Below, piece after piece: positions 1 to 9,058 of a DNA stretch of 64,000 nucleotides. The DNA is from an uncultured Gammaproteobacteria bacterium (lineage in GTDB: Bacteria > Patescibacteriota > Microgenomatia > Levybacterales > GWA1-39-11): assembly GCA_964425075.1 (NCBI GenBank), contig CAYRKM010000001.1:266484-330483 (forward strand), in the 5' to 3' direction. The notes under the pieces are model-generated. The model had not been told where the DNA came from and made no database searches. It saw nothing but the letters and a program-made list of their open reading frames with translations. Both the position numbers and the translations under genes were made by a program. Every line of letters begins with the position of its first letter. Position 1 is the first letter of the stretch.

Positions 1-1577
1 TGTCTTAAGGAGGTTGTAATATTTACATTCCCATCGCGCTCTGAGTCAAAATAATCTCTACTTCCTACCATTGCCAAAATATCTCCATTTTTTGGATTTG
101 TAATTACTGACGCTCCATTTCCAATCCCCAAGTAACTACCATTTTGCACCTCTTTCTGAACTATATTTTCTGCCATCGTCTGCAAATTCATATCAAGGCT
201 TGTTGTTACCTGTAACCCTCCACGTTCAACCTCATTTAAACCATACCTTTTTATGAGTTCCTCTTTTACATACATGACAAAATGTGGTGCTCTAATTGGA
301 ACCTTTGAAGATAAAAACTTAAGTTCTTCTTTATACGCCCTATCTGCTTCCTTTTGCGTAATATAGCCATCTCTAACCATAGCTTTTAATACTTCTTCTT
401 GCCTCTTTTTCCCTTGTGTTCCATCCGTTAAAAAAGGAGAGTAAAGACTAGGAGCACGAGGAAGACCAGCAAGATATGAAGATTCTGCAAGGCTCAATTT
501 ATCTACATCTTTGCCAAAATATACTTGACTTGCGGCCTCTACGCCCCACGCTGTTCCACCATATGGCACATAATTAAAATACAGCTCTAGTATTTCATTC
601 TTCGTGTATTGCCTTTCAGCCCAAAAGGCGAGAATAATTTCTTTTGTTTTTCTTATAATAGTAGGCTCAGGAGTTAAAAGTGCAGATTTTATTAACTGTT
701 GTGTAATAGTTGAGCCGCCCTGTAATTGTCTATGTTGAGAATTTACATACGCTGCTCTTAAAATACCTCGAATATCAAATCCAGGATGGTGATAAAAATC
801 CTTATCTTCGATTGCAATTGTTGCCTGTTTTAGCTCTTCGGGAATTCTTGAAAGGGGAACAACTGTTCTGTTTTGGGATGAATAAATCTCAAATAAAAGA
901 TTACCATTCCTGTCAAATAACTTTGTTGTCTTAGGGATGTAATTAACTGAAAGGTTTGATAATTTGGGCAAATCGGATATAAAAACATAAAAAGTAAGGG
1001 GTATAAAAAATAAAACTGAAGCAAATAGTCCTCCAAAGAAAAAGTACCTTGCTTTGTAAAATAAAGAGGCTGGCTCAGCAACTTCCGGAAGTTTTTTGCT
1101 TTCTTTTGGCTTTTTATGTCTAAAAATACGTAACGGATAAAAAATAATTGATAATACAAAAATAATAAAACCAATAATTTCCCTTATGCTTTTTTTAATA
1201 AAGATAAAAATGTAGATAAGCGAAGATACTAATAATTTAAATAATCCTATAAATAAATGGCTTATAGTAGAAGCGTTGCTTTTTGCATTCCGGGGACTTA
1301 TTGTTTTTTTAAAAATTGAAAAAGAGAGCGCAACTTTCTTAAATGGCCATAATAAAAAACTGAGAATTAAAGATAGAAGTGCACCTATTAGTTTGGTAAC
1401 AGCATAAATAAAATCCCCAATCTTGATGAGTAAAAAAAGTATGACGTAAAACAGAAATTTAAAAACCGCCATAAAAAACACGCTACTTCTTCTCTTAAAT
1501 AATAACGGGCAGTTGGGAATTAGTAATAATGGTATTATAGTAATTGACCTGAATATTCGCAAGAGAGCAAACCACAT
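1..1577 (-). CDS. Class A penicillin-binding protein (N-terminal TM anchor, GT51 transglycosylase and start of transpeptidase domain); C-terminus runs off the window start
   Basis: Minus-strand translation gives ...ATIAIEDKDFYHHPGFDIRGILRAA...GGSTITQQLIKS... (GT51 EDxxFxxHxG and downstream motifs). Hydrophobic N-terminus. ATG at 1575-1577. Not in the ORF track because it is truncated by the window edge. Confidence 0.8.
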   Translation of the reverse strand, partial: MWFALLRIFRSITIIPLLLIPNCPLLFKRRSSVFFMAVFKFLFYVILFLLIKIGDFIYAVTKLIGALLSLILSFLLWPFKKVALSFSIFKKTISPRNAKSNASTISHLFIGLFKLLVSSLIYIFIFIKKSIREIIGFIIFVLSIIFYPLRIFRHKKPKESKKLPEVAEPASLFYKARYFFFGGLFASVLFFIPLTFYVFISDLPKLSNLSVNYIPKTTKLFDRNGNLLFEIYSSQNRTVVPLSRIPEELKQATIAIEDKDFYHHPGFDIRGILRAAYVNSQHRQLQGGSTITQQLIKSALLTPEPTIIRKTKEIILAFWAERQYTKNEILELYFNYVPYGGTAWGVEAASQVYFGKDVDKLSLAESSYLAGLPRAPSLYSPFLTDGTQGKKRQEEVLKAMVRDGYITQKEADRAYKEELKFLSSKVPIRAPHFVMYVKEELIKRYGLNEVERGGLQVTTSLDMNLQTMAENIVQKEVQNGSYLGIGNGASVITNPKNGDILAMVGSRDYFDSERDGNVNITTSLR

Positions 1578-1589
1578 CTTTCTTGTCCT

Positions 1590-2594
1590 TTGTTGGTGTT
1601 TTGTACTACAATGAAATTGATGAATGCTCTTGTTGTAGGCTCTTCTTTAATTGACCTCTTTATTTCGCTTCAAAAAAATGAAGATTTAAAAATTAAAGAT
1701 AATGCTATCTCCTTTACCTTGGGAGATAAAATTCCAATTGATATACAAACTCTTACTCTTGGCGGAAATGGTGTAAATGTCACCTCAGCACTACAAAAAT
1801 TACAAATTAATACCTCTTTTTACACGTATTTAGGAACGGATGTGCTATCAAACCATATAAAAACCCTCTTGCAAAAAGAGGACATAACACTTCATATTGA
1901 GGGAGAGGAAACAATCACAGGATCTTTATCCATTATTCTTAACCTAAATTACGACAGGATAATTTTCTCCCACCACAATGAATTTACTCATTCCTTTGAT
2001 TCCTCAAAAATAGATGTAAGACCTGATGTAATTTTTCTTACTTCAATTGGTAAAGATTGGACAGATGCGTACAGTAAGGTTTTGTCTTATGCAAAAGACA
2101 ATTCAATTCCCATCGCCTTCTCTCCTGGAAGCCAACAAATGAGTGATATGAATGAAGTTTTTATCAAAACAGTTCATCAATCGAAAATGCTTTTTTGCAA
2201 TATGCAGGAAGCTCAAGAAATAAATAAAGCGCTTACGGGAAACGCAATTGATAATGCACGTGAATTACTATTAAATATAAAAAATAACGGCTTTGATCTT
2301 CTTTCAATTACAGATGGAAAAAATGGCGCGTATGCAGTGGGAAGTGGCGAGGTAGTATATAAAATAGAGTCAACTGAACCTGATGGTAAAGAAAAAACAG
2401 GAGCCGGAGACTCTTATGCAGGCGGTTTTTTAGCCGGATACATGCACAAAAAACCCATTGAAACATGCATGAAGTGGGGAGTGCTAAATGCAGTTGGAGA
2501 AATGAGACAAATTGGCTCAAGAACTGGTCAATTAACCCTTTCTGAAATGGAAGAAAAGGTAGAAAAAACAACTTTTCAAATACAAACATTATGA
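1590..2594 (+). CDS. PfkB-family carbohydrate kinase (ribokinase-like)
   Basis: C-terminal GAGDSYAGGFLAGY motif (PfkB signature 2). Co-localised with rpiB/rpe. Confidence 0.7.
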   Translation: MLVFCTTMKLMNALVVGSSLIDLFISLQKNEDLKIKDNAISFTLGDKIPIDIQTLTLGGNGVNVTSALQKLQINTSFYTYLGTDVLSNHIKTLLQKEDITLHIEGEETITGSLSIILNLNYDRIIFSHHNEFTHSFDSSKIDVRPDVIFLTSIGKDWTDAYSKVLSYAKDNSIPIAFSPGSQQMSDMNEVFIKTVHQSKMLFCNMQEAQEINKALTGNAIDNARELLLNIKNNGFDLLSITDGKNGAYAVGSGEVVYKIESTEPDGKEKTGAGDSYAGGFLAGYMHKKPIETCMKWGVLNAVGEMRQIGSRTGQLTLSEMEEKVEKTTFQIQTL

Positions 2595-3037
2595 ACATAT
2601 ATATAGCGTCAGATCATGCAGGTTTTGAATTTAAAGAGCATATAAAAACATTGCTTGAAAAATGGGGACATAAAGTAACTGACTCCGGAGCTTTTGAATT
2701 AAATTTAGAGGATGACTACCCAGATTTTATTAAAGACGCGGCAAGAAAAGTTACCAGTGACCCTCAATCTAGAGGGATTGTTTTGGGAAGATCTGGTGCG
2801 GGAGAGTGTATGGTCGCAAATAAAATAAAGGGGGCAAGAGCTTTTCTTGCTGTTAACGAGCATAACGTCAGACTAGCAAGAGAACATAATGATGCAAACA
2901 TAATGTCTCTTGGCTCAGAAATTATTCAAGAAAACGAAATCGAAAATCTCGTTAAGCTTTTCTTGGAGACTCCCTTTTCAAATGCAACGCGCCACATCAG
3001 AAGAATTGAAAAAATCAAACAAATAGAAAATGAGTGA
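2591..3037 (+). CDS. rpiB: Ribose-5-phosphate isomerase B (RpiB/LacAB family)
   Basis: MNIYIASDHAGFEFKE...GRSGAGECMVANK pattern typical of RpiB. 4-bp overlap with the upstream kinase. Confidence 0.8.
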   Translation: MNIYIASDHAGFEFKEHIKTLLEKWGHKVTDSGAFELNLEDDYPDFIKDAARKVTSDPQSRGIVLGRSGAGECMVANKIKGARAFLAVNEHNVRLAREHNDANIMSLGSEIIQENEIENLVKLFLETPFSNATRHIRRIEKIKQIENE

Positions 3038-3662
3038 AATAATTCCGGGAATTTTAGAGGCAGAATGGGATGAGATTGAGAAAAAACTTGAACTCATAAA
3101 ACCGTTTACCAATACTGTTCATATTGACATTATCGACGGAAAATTTACTGACAATCTAACCCTTCTTGACCCCTCACCTTTTCAAAAATATTCTAAAGAC
3201 TTTTTCTTTGAACTTCATATGATGGTTAAGGAACCAGTTAATTATTTAGAGTCTTGGGCAAATGCTGGTTTTAAAAGATTTATTGGACATATTGAAAAAA
3301 TGTCTGATATTAATGCTTTTATAACGGGGGGAAGAAGATATGGAGAGATAGGTCTTGCAATTGATGGACCAACTGATATTGGTATTTTAGATGGAATTAA
3401 CCTGAACGATCTGGATTGTTTGTTGGTAATGACAATAAAAGCAGGAGCATCAGGACAAAAATTTCAACCTGAATTACTTGAAAAAGTAAGAGTTTTAAGG
3501 GGGAAAACTGCTATTCCGATTGAGGTTGATGGGGGAATAAATGACATGACGGTTATTAATGCAAAAGAAAGTGGAGCTACCAGATTTGTTGCAAATAGCT
3601 TTCTTTTTAAAGCCAATGCGCAAGAACAGTACGAAAAATTAGAATCCCTCCTTGAAGAATAG
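3030..3662 (+). CDS. rpe: Ribulose-phosphate 3-epimerase
   Basis: HIDIIDGKF (HxDxMDGxF-like) and MV.EP motifs; size 210 aa. Confidence 0.8.
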   Translation: MSEIIPGILEAEWDEIEKKLELIKPFTNTVHIDIIDGKFTDNLTLLDPSPFQKYSKDFFFELHMMVKEPVNYLESWANAGFKRFIGHIEKMSDINAFITGGRRYGEIGLAIDGPTDIGILDGINLNDLDCLLVMTIKAGASGQKFQPELLEKVRVLRGKTAIPIEVDGGINDMTVINAKESGATRFVANSFLFKANAQEQYEKLESLLEE

Positions 3663-3719
3663 TAGGATGGGACGCCCGCCGAGCTTGGCTCGACGGGACG
3701 TCCCGAGATGGATGCCTCC

Positions 3720-4538
3720 TTACTGGAACGGGAGAGGGACGGACTTGTTAGTCCCTGGAAACCCCCCACAGTGGTTGGCTGCCACGTCCAACCCAACGTC
3801 GCCGTTCTTCAAGCAGAGTACCGCAAGGTACTGCTCGCCTGAATCGAGAGTTGGACTGACGAAGGTGAATCGCCACACACCATCAGAGGTGGTCCCAGAG
3901 AACAGACTTCCCGTCACCTCCTGGGCGTCGAGACCTACGTAGATCTCGGCACCGGCACTTACCATCGCCGTCGGCGAGGAAGTTATCCGAACATCCAGGG
4001 TAACAGTGTTACCCTGGCAGGGCCTCACCGAGCTGAGGCTGACGCTGTTGTCCCCGACGACACGAGGCAAAGTACTCACGGGAGAACTGACGTCATACGT
4101 TTCAGCGGGTCCCGCCACACATGGCGTCGGGGTCGCCGTGGCTGTTGCCGTCGCGGTCGCTGTGACTGTCGCCGTAGCCGTCGCGGTCGCTGTGGCCGTA
4201 GCAGTAGCTGTCGCCGTAGCCGTGGCGGTTGCCGTGGCAGTAGCCGTAGCGGTCGGGGTGGATGTAGCTGTCACGGTGACAGTTGGCGCGCTCTCGCACG
4301 CCTTAACCCACGCCAACCAGCCTCTGTAGAACGGCAACGCCTGCTTGTACCGAGGGTTTGACTCGGCAAAGCGTATCATGCCCTCCACGAATGACTTCTG
4401 TTGTCGGAGAACGTAGGAGGACGGACATCCTCCCTTTGCCTCCGCTTGCGGCGGGTTTGACACCCGCCAGACTGTGGCAAGGCTTGCCACGAGCACCACC
4501 ACCAGGACAAGTCCTGGCACAAAGGCCTTTTTCATCAA
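3720..4538 (-). CDS. Secreted hypothetical protein with long (Thr-Ala)n repeat linker, encoded in a high-GC island
   Basis: 272-aa ORF with signal-peptide-like N-terminus (MMKKAFVPGLVLVVVLVASLA). GGAGG SD 8 nt upstream. ~25x TA dipeptide repeat encoded by a GCN-GTN tandem repeat. Local GC about 60-65% versus about 35% in the flanks. Confidence 0.6.
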   Translation of the reverse strand: MMKKAFVPGLVLVVVLVASLATVWRVSNPPQAEAKGGCPSSYVLRQQKSFVEGMIRFAESNPRYKQALPFYRGWLAWVKACESAPTVTVTATSTPTATATATATATATATATATATATATATATVTATATATATATPTPCVAGPAETYDVSSPVSTLPRVVGDNSVSLSSVRPCQGNTVTLDVRITSSPTAMVSAGAEIYVGLDAQEVTGSLFSGTTSDGVWRFTFVSPTLDSGEQYLAVLCLKNGDVGLDVAANHCGGFPGTNKSVPLPFQ

Positions 4539-4678
4539 CCTCCTCCAATCCTATTAGCATCCAAATTCTCAAAGAACAACTCGCACCCTCAATCGGGCAT
4601 GAAGTCGCCCTAAGAGAATACTTGTTAATGCAATTATACTAAAAATTCCGAAACATTAACAACTACAGGATGAAACTA

Positions 4679-5542
4679 TTACTTTGCTTTAGGGAAGCGG
4701 AGTGAATAAATAAGCTGAGCTACCTGACCAATTGTTTCTTTTCCTTTTCCTTCATCTTTTAGATTATGAGCCATAACCACAAGAATAAAGGGGTCCTCAC
4801 TATTGTCAACTATTGCCCCATCATGAACCAAAGTTACGGCATCCCCAATTTTGTGATATACGGTTACATCTTTTGATAATAATCTTGGAATTCTGTCTTC
4901 AAATTCCGTGTCTTTCATAAAATCCATCATTTCTTGGCTTAAAGCAGGAGAGGTTATTTTGTGAGAATATAATAATTCCAAAAATCTTCCTACATCACGC
5001 GCTGAGGTTTCGTTTTCTACCATATTAGTAGCACTCATCCCAAGTTGGCGGGCATATTCTTGAATATTGTCCTCACCAAGTCTTATGGTTAATACATGAG
5101 CGGCCGTATTGTCAGACTGTTTGAATGCAAGTTGGGCTAAATATTTTAGAGTGTAGGGTTCTCCAGCTTTTTTATAACGCAGACTTCCTGTTCCATAATC
5201 TTGAATATCTTCTTCTTGAATTACTATTTTATCCTCTAAATTTATTTCCTTTTTTGAGGCTAAATTGTATAAATATCCAACAATTACGAGCTTATTAAGG
5301 GAAGCTGCTGTAAGAACAGTATTCTCCTGTATCCCAAACCCCTCCCCACTATTTATATCTTTATAATAAATACTGAACTGCCCCTCTTTTTCCTTCAAAA
5401 ATTTGGTTAATTCTTCTCGAATCTCTTCTGTATCCTTTGCCTTTTCTGCTTTTGAAAAATTAAGAGTTGGAATAAAGGTAAGATGCCGACCCAAAAGGAT
5501 TAGGAAAAAAGAATAAAAAAGAAAAATTGCTACATTTCTCAT
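4679..5542 (-). CDS. Serine hydrolase of the class A beta-lactamase / PBP-like family
   Basis: SxxK (TAASLNK), SDN (KQSDNTAAH) and K[TI]G (HKIGD) motifs in canonical order; N-terminal hydrophobic segment. Confidence 0.6.
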   Translation of the reverse strand: MRNVAIFLFYSFFLILLGRHLTFIPTLNFSKAEKAKDTEEIREELTKFLKEKEGQFSIYYKDINSGEGFGIQENTVLTAASLNKLVIVGYLYNLASKKEINLEDKIVIQEEDIQDYGTGSLRYKKAGEPYTLKYLAQLAFKQSDNTAAHVLTIRLGEDNIQEYARQLGMSATNMVENETSARDVGRFLELLYSHKITSPALSQEMMDFMKDTEFEDRIPRLLSKDVTVYHKIGDAVTLVHDGAIVDNSEDPFILVVMAHNLKDEGKGKETIGQVAQLIYSLRFPKAK

Positions 5543-5547
5543 AAAAA

Positions 5548-7068
5548 TTACTCAATGCTTCTTGGTCTATATTGTAAAGCCTCTAAGATATGCTGAGATA
5601 AAATTTCTTTTGAATTCTCAAGATCCGCAATGGTTCTTGAGACCTTAAGCACTTTATTAAAAGAACGAGCTGATAAATTAAGGCTTGCCATAGCCTGTTT
5701 CATGATAGTTTTTGCCTCATCTGTTATGTTGAGAAGTTCTTTTAATTCTTTTTGGTTCATTTCTGAGTTCATGATGGTTTTTTTACCCTTAAAACGTTTT
5801 TCTTGATTGCTTAATGCTTTTATTACTCTTTTCCTAATCTCCTCGGATGTTTCCGACCTTTCATTATCTGCCAACAACTTTTCTACTTTTACTGCCGGCA
5901 CGTCAATATGAATATCTATTCTATCAAGAAGTGGTCCCGAAAGCCTTTTTTGATATCGTAATATTTGGCTTGTAGAGCAAGTGCAAGTTCTTGTAGTGTC
6001 TCCATAAAATCCGCATGGACAAGGATTGGCTGCTGCAACAAGCATAAAACGTGAAGGAAAACTTACCCTCTCACGAGCCCTTGAGATACTTACTATCCCG
6101 TCCTCCAATGGTTGACGAAGCGCCTCTAGAACATACCTTGAGAATTCTGGAAATTCATCCAAAAACAATACGCCACGATGCGCAAGAGAAATTTCCCCGG
6201 GGCGAGGATTTGCACTTCCACCCACTAACCCGACATGGGAAGTTGTGTGATGAGGACTTCTAAAAGGTCTTGTTGTAATTATAGATTTTCCATTCAAAAG
6301 ACCAGAAATGCTATAAATTTTTGTAACCTCTAAAGCCTCTGCAAAAGAGAGTGGTGGAAGAATAGAGGGAATTGTTTTGGCTATTAAAGTTTTTCCTGCT
6401 CCTGGCGGACCTTTAAGTAAAATATTGTGTCCCCCTGCAACCGCCACCTCAACCGCGCGCTTTACATATGCTTGGCCTTTGATATCTGACATATCATGCT
6501 CGTATTCCTCATCTCTTAACGCATCTTTAAATTCAATTGGGGTAAGTGGCTCTATCAAGCTTTGTCCTGAAAAATGAAGGAATAGCTGTTTTAAGTTTTC
6601 TACAGGATAAAGAGTTACTCCCGCAACAACTGAAGCCTCATGTTCATTTTCTTTCGGTATAAAAACATTTTTTATTTTTTTCTCGCGGGCAAGCAAGACC
6701 ACAGGCAAGACTCCTTTTGTTTTTCTTAATTTTCCATTTAAAGATAACTCTCCCACAAAAAGACACTCGTCCGTATTAAAAACAAGTTGGCCTGATGATA
6801 AAAGAATGGAAACAGCAATTGGCACATCAAATGAGGGCCCTTCTTTAGGAAGATCCCCAGGTGCAAGATTTACAGTTACTCGTTTTGTGGGAAAGTCAGC
6901 GCCGGAATTTTTAATTGCAGAGCGTACTCTTTCTTTTGATTCCTCAACTGCCTTATCGGGAAGACCAACTATAGTAAAAGAGGGGAGACCATTTAGTATA
7001 TCTGTTTCAACCTCAACCAATACACCATCTAGACCAACGACGGTGGACGAGAGAACTCTTGAAACCAT
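5548..7068 (-). CDS. comM: YifB/ComM-family Mg-chelatase-like AAA+ ATPase
   Basis: N-terminal Lon-like domain, Walker A GPPGAGKT, Walker B LFLDE, C-terminal CxxC cluster; 506 aa. Confidence 0.8.
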   Translation of the reverse strand: MVSRVLSSTVVGLDGVLVEVETDILNGLPSFTIVGLPDKAVEESKERVRSAIKNSGADFPTKRVTVNLAPGDLPKEGPSFDVPIAVSILLSSGQLVFNTDECLFVGELSLNGKLRKTKGVLPVVLLAREKKIKNVFIPKENEHEASVVAGVTLYPVENLKQLFLHFSGQSLIEPLTPIEFKDALRDEEYEHDMSDIKGQAYVKRAVEVAVAGGHNILLKGPPGAGKTLIAKTIPSILPPLSFAEALEVTKIYSISGLLNGKSIITTRPFRSPHHTTSHVGLVGGSANPRPGEISLAHRGVLFLDEFPEFSRYVLEALRQPLEDGIVSISRARERVSFPSRFMLVAAANPCPCGFYGDTTRTCTCSTSQILRYQKRLSGPLLDRIDIHIDVPAVKVEKLLADNERSETSEEIRKRVIKALSNQEKRFKGKKTIMNSEMNQKELKELLNITDEAKTIMKQAMASLNLSARSFNKVLKVSRTIADLENSKEILSQHILEALQYRPRSIE

Positions 7069-7142
7069 ACAAATAGTATTGCCACGTTAGCGTTTTAATT
7101 GCAAATGGGTTATTTTTACCCTATGTTACAATACACTTGGCT

Positions 7143-7181
7143 ATGGACGATGTAGAAAAGAAAGCGACTTTTCGTTTTTAA
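7143..7181 (+). repeat. Upstream copy 1 of dnaG start (ATGGACGATGTAGAAAAG) forming 12-codon mini-ORF MDDVEKKATFRF*
   Basis: Exact 18-nt identity with copy 2 and 17/18 with the true dnaG start at 7227. Spacing 41 and 43 bp. Confidence 0.7.
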
Positions 7182-7183
7182 GT

Positions 7184-7222
7184 ATGGACGATGTAGAAAA
7201 GAACTCTACTTTTCTACAATAG
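7184..7222 (+). repeat. Upstream copy 2 of dnaG start forming mini-ORF MDDVEKNSTFLQ*
   Basis: See copy 1. The downstream tail is similar but diverged (ACTTTTC shared). Confidence 0.7.
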
Positions 7223-7226
7223 AAGT

Positions 7227-8990
7227 ATGGATGATGTAGAAAAGGTAAAAGCAAAACTCAATTTAGTTGATGTAATTGAAGGCTATATCCCTCTGAAGCG
7301 AGCTGGAAGAAATTTTAAAACCCCTTGTCCCTTTCACAATGAAAAAAGCCCTTCATTTGTGGTTTCTCCTGAAAGGCAAATTTGGCATTGTTTTGGATGC
7401 GCAAAAGGTGGAGACATGTTTACATTTGTTGAAGAATACGAAAGAGTGGACTTCTCTGAAGCTCTTAAAATTTTAGCGGATAAAGCTGGAATAACGCTTA
7501 CCAAAACTGTTTTTAAAACCAAGAGAGATGAGAAAAAGAATAGGATTTATGAAATAAATCACCTTACAGCTCAATTCTATCACTACCTTTTAACAGAGCA
7601 TAAATCCGGAAAAGAAGCACTTTCTTATGTAATTGAAAAGAGAGGATTAACAAAAGCTCTCCTTTCAACTTATATGCTGGGATTTGCTCCTCTTCAAAGA
7701 GACGCGCTATCTCAATATCTTATAAAGAAAAAGCACTATTCAAAAGAAGAACTTGTTGAGGCAGGTGTTTCTTTTTTTAGAAACGGGAGGGTGTTTGATT
7801 TCTTCATAAACCGGCTTATTTTCCCAATTCTTGATAGTAGGGGCAATATCATCGCCTTTTCAGGACGCGCCTTAACTGACAATGTAATGCCTAAATACAT
7901 AAACACAAAAGAAACCCCGGTATACGTAAAGGGAGACACTGTATTTGGAATATATCAGGCAAAAGAAGAGATCAAAAAGGAGGGTAAAGTAATTGTTGTT
8001 GAAGGTGAATTTGATGTTATTACTAGCTTTAAGGAAGGAATTGTAAATGTTGTTGCAGTCAAAGGAACAGCTTTAACTGAAAATCAAATTCGACTTTTGA
8101 AGCGCTTTTCCCAAAAAATAGTTTTTTGTTTTGACACAGACCCTGCAGGAACTGAAGCGCAGCGTAGATCAATTGCATTAATTGCAAAAGAGGGAATTTC
8201 TGCCTCAGTTGTACTTCCTCCACAGGGAAAAGATCCTGACGAATTATTAAGAGACAATCCTGGCCTTTTTAAAAAAGCTTTAAAAGAGGAGATAAATATC
8301 TATGATTTTATCCTGGAGTCATCCATTCAAAAAATTGATCCAAAGTCAGTAGACGGTAAAAAAGCTATCCTCTTAAGAACTTTGCCGTATTTATATGATA
8401 TTGAGAATGAAATTGTAAAAGAGCATTACCTAAAGAAACTTGCCTCACTTTTAGATTCATCCCTTGAGTCGGTTGTAAAGGAAGCTGAGAAACTCAAATC
8501 CCCTCCACCGGCACCCCAGCCAGAAAAACTAAAGATTGAGAAAAAACCACGACAATATATGATTGAAGAATATTTGTTAACACTTATTGTACAAAGCGCT
8601 AATCCAAAAGAAGCAACTATTCTTACAGCAGGAATTATTAATGGCGTAAAACTACAAACTCCTATTTTTAACCAACTATTTGAATTTTTGCGTGAATATT
8701 TCAAAACCCAGGACAAGCTAGTTTTGGAAGAGGTCAGTCAAGTGCTTCCAAAAGATCTTACGAGTGTTTTTGACCTATGTTTACTTACCCCAATTCCACA
8801 ATTTGCAACAGAAGAATTATTTACTCACCAACTTGGAAAAACGGCAAATGAGGTAAAACACATATCTATTAAGGCAAAATTGTCAGCAATCTCAAATTCC
8901 ATAAAAACTGCTGAAAAAGAAGGAAATGAGGAAAGCATAGAAGAGCTTCAAAAGGAATTTGATATGCTTGCCTCTCACTATAAGAGCTAA
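7227..8990 (+). CDS. dnaG: DNA primase
   Basis: CHC2 zinc finger CPFHNEKSPSFVVSPERQIWHCFGCAKGGD, TOPRIM region (VVEGEFDV), followed by rpoD as in the classical operon. Confidence 0.9.
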   Translation: MDDVEKVKAKLNLVDVIEGYIPLKRAGRNFKTPCPFHNEKSPSFVVSPERQIWHCFGCAKGGDMFTFVEEYERVDFSEALKILADKAGITLTKTVFKTKRDEKKNRIYEINHLTAQFYHYLLTEHKSGKEALSYVIEKRGLTKALLSTYMLGFAPLQRDALSQYLIKKKHYSKEELVEAGVSFFRNGRVFDFFINRLIFPILDSRGNIIAFSGRALTDNVMPKYINTKETPVYVKGDTVFGIYQAKEEIKKEGKVIVVEGEFDVITSFKEGIVNVVAVKGTALTENQIRLLKRFSQKIVFCFDTDPAGTEAQRRSIALIAKEGISASVVLPPQGKDPDELLRDNPGLFKKALKEEINIYDFILESSIQKIDPKSVDGKKAILLRTLPYLYDIENEIVKEHYLKKLASLLDSSLESVVKEAEKLKSPPPAPQPEKLKIEKKPRQYMIEEYLLTLIVQSANPKEATILTAGIINGVKLQTPIFNQLFEFLREYFKTQDKLVLEEVSQVLPKDLTSVFDLCLLTPIPQFATEELFTHQLGKTANEVKHISIKAKLSAISNSIKTAEKEGNEESIEELQKEFDMLASHYKS

Positions 8991-9058
8991 GTCTTTCCTC
9001 GCTTTGCTCGCACAAAACATAGAGTCACACCTTGATAAATTGACCCAAATGAGGTAAA

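Noticed and set aside
710-1174. Track ORFs 710..934 (+) and 830..1174 (-)
   Set aside because: They lie inside, and out of frame with, the clearly coding minus-strand PBP gene (1..1577), and their translations are low-complexity.
4100-4300. Short-period tandem DNA repeat (GCCGTAGCCGTCGCGGTC...) that could be mistaken for a CRISPR-like or minisatellite array
   Set aside because: No spacer/repeat alternation of CRISPR dimensions. The repeat is in frame within the 3720..4538 gene and simply encodes the (Thr-Ala)n linker.
3464-4642. Multiple overlapping ORFs on both strands in the track (3464..3796-, 3652..3942+, 4006..4329+, 4102..4299-, 4303..4572-, 4358..4642+)
   Set aside because: These are artefacts of a high-GC segment, which has few stop codons in any frame. 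Only 3720..4538 (-) has a signal peptide, an SD and a coherent domain structure.
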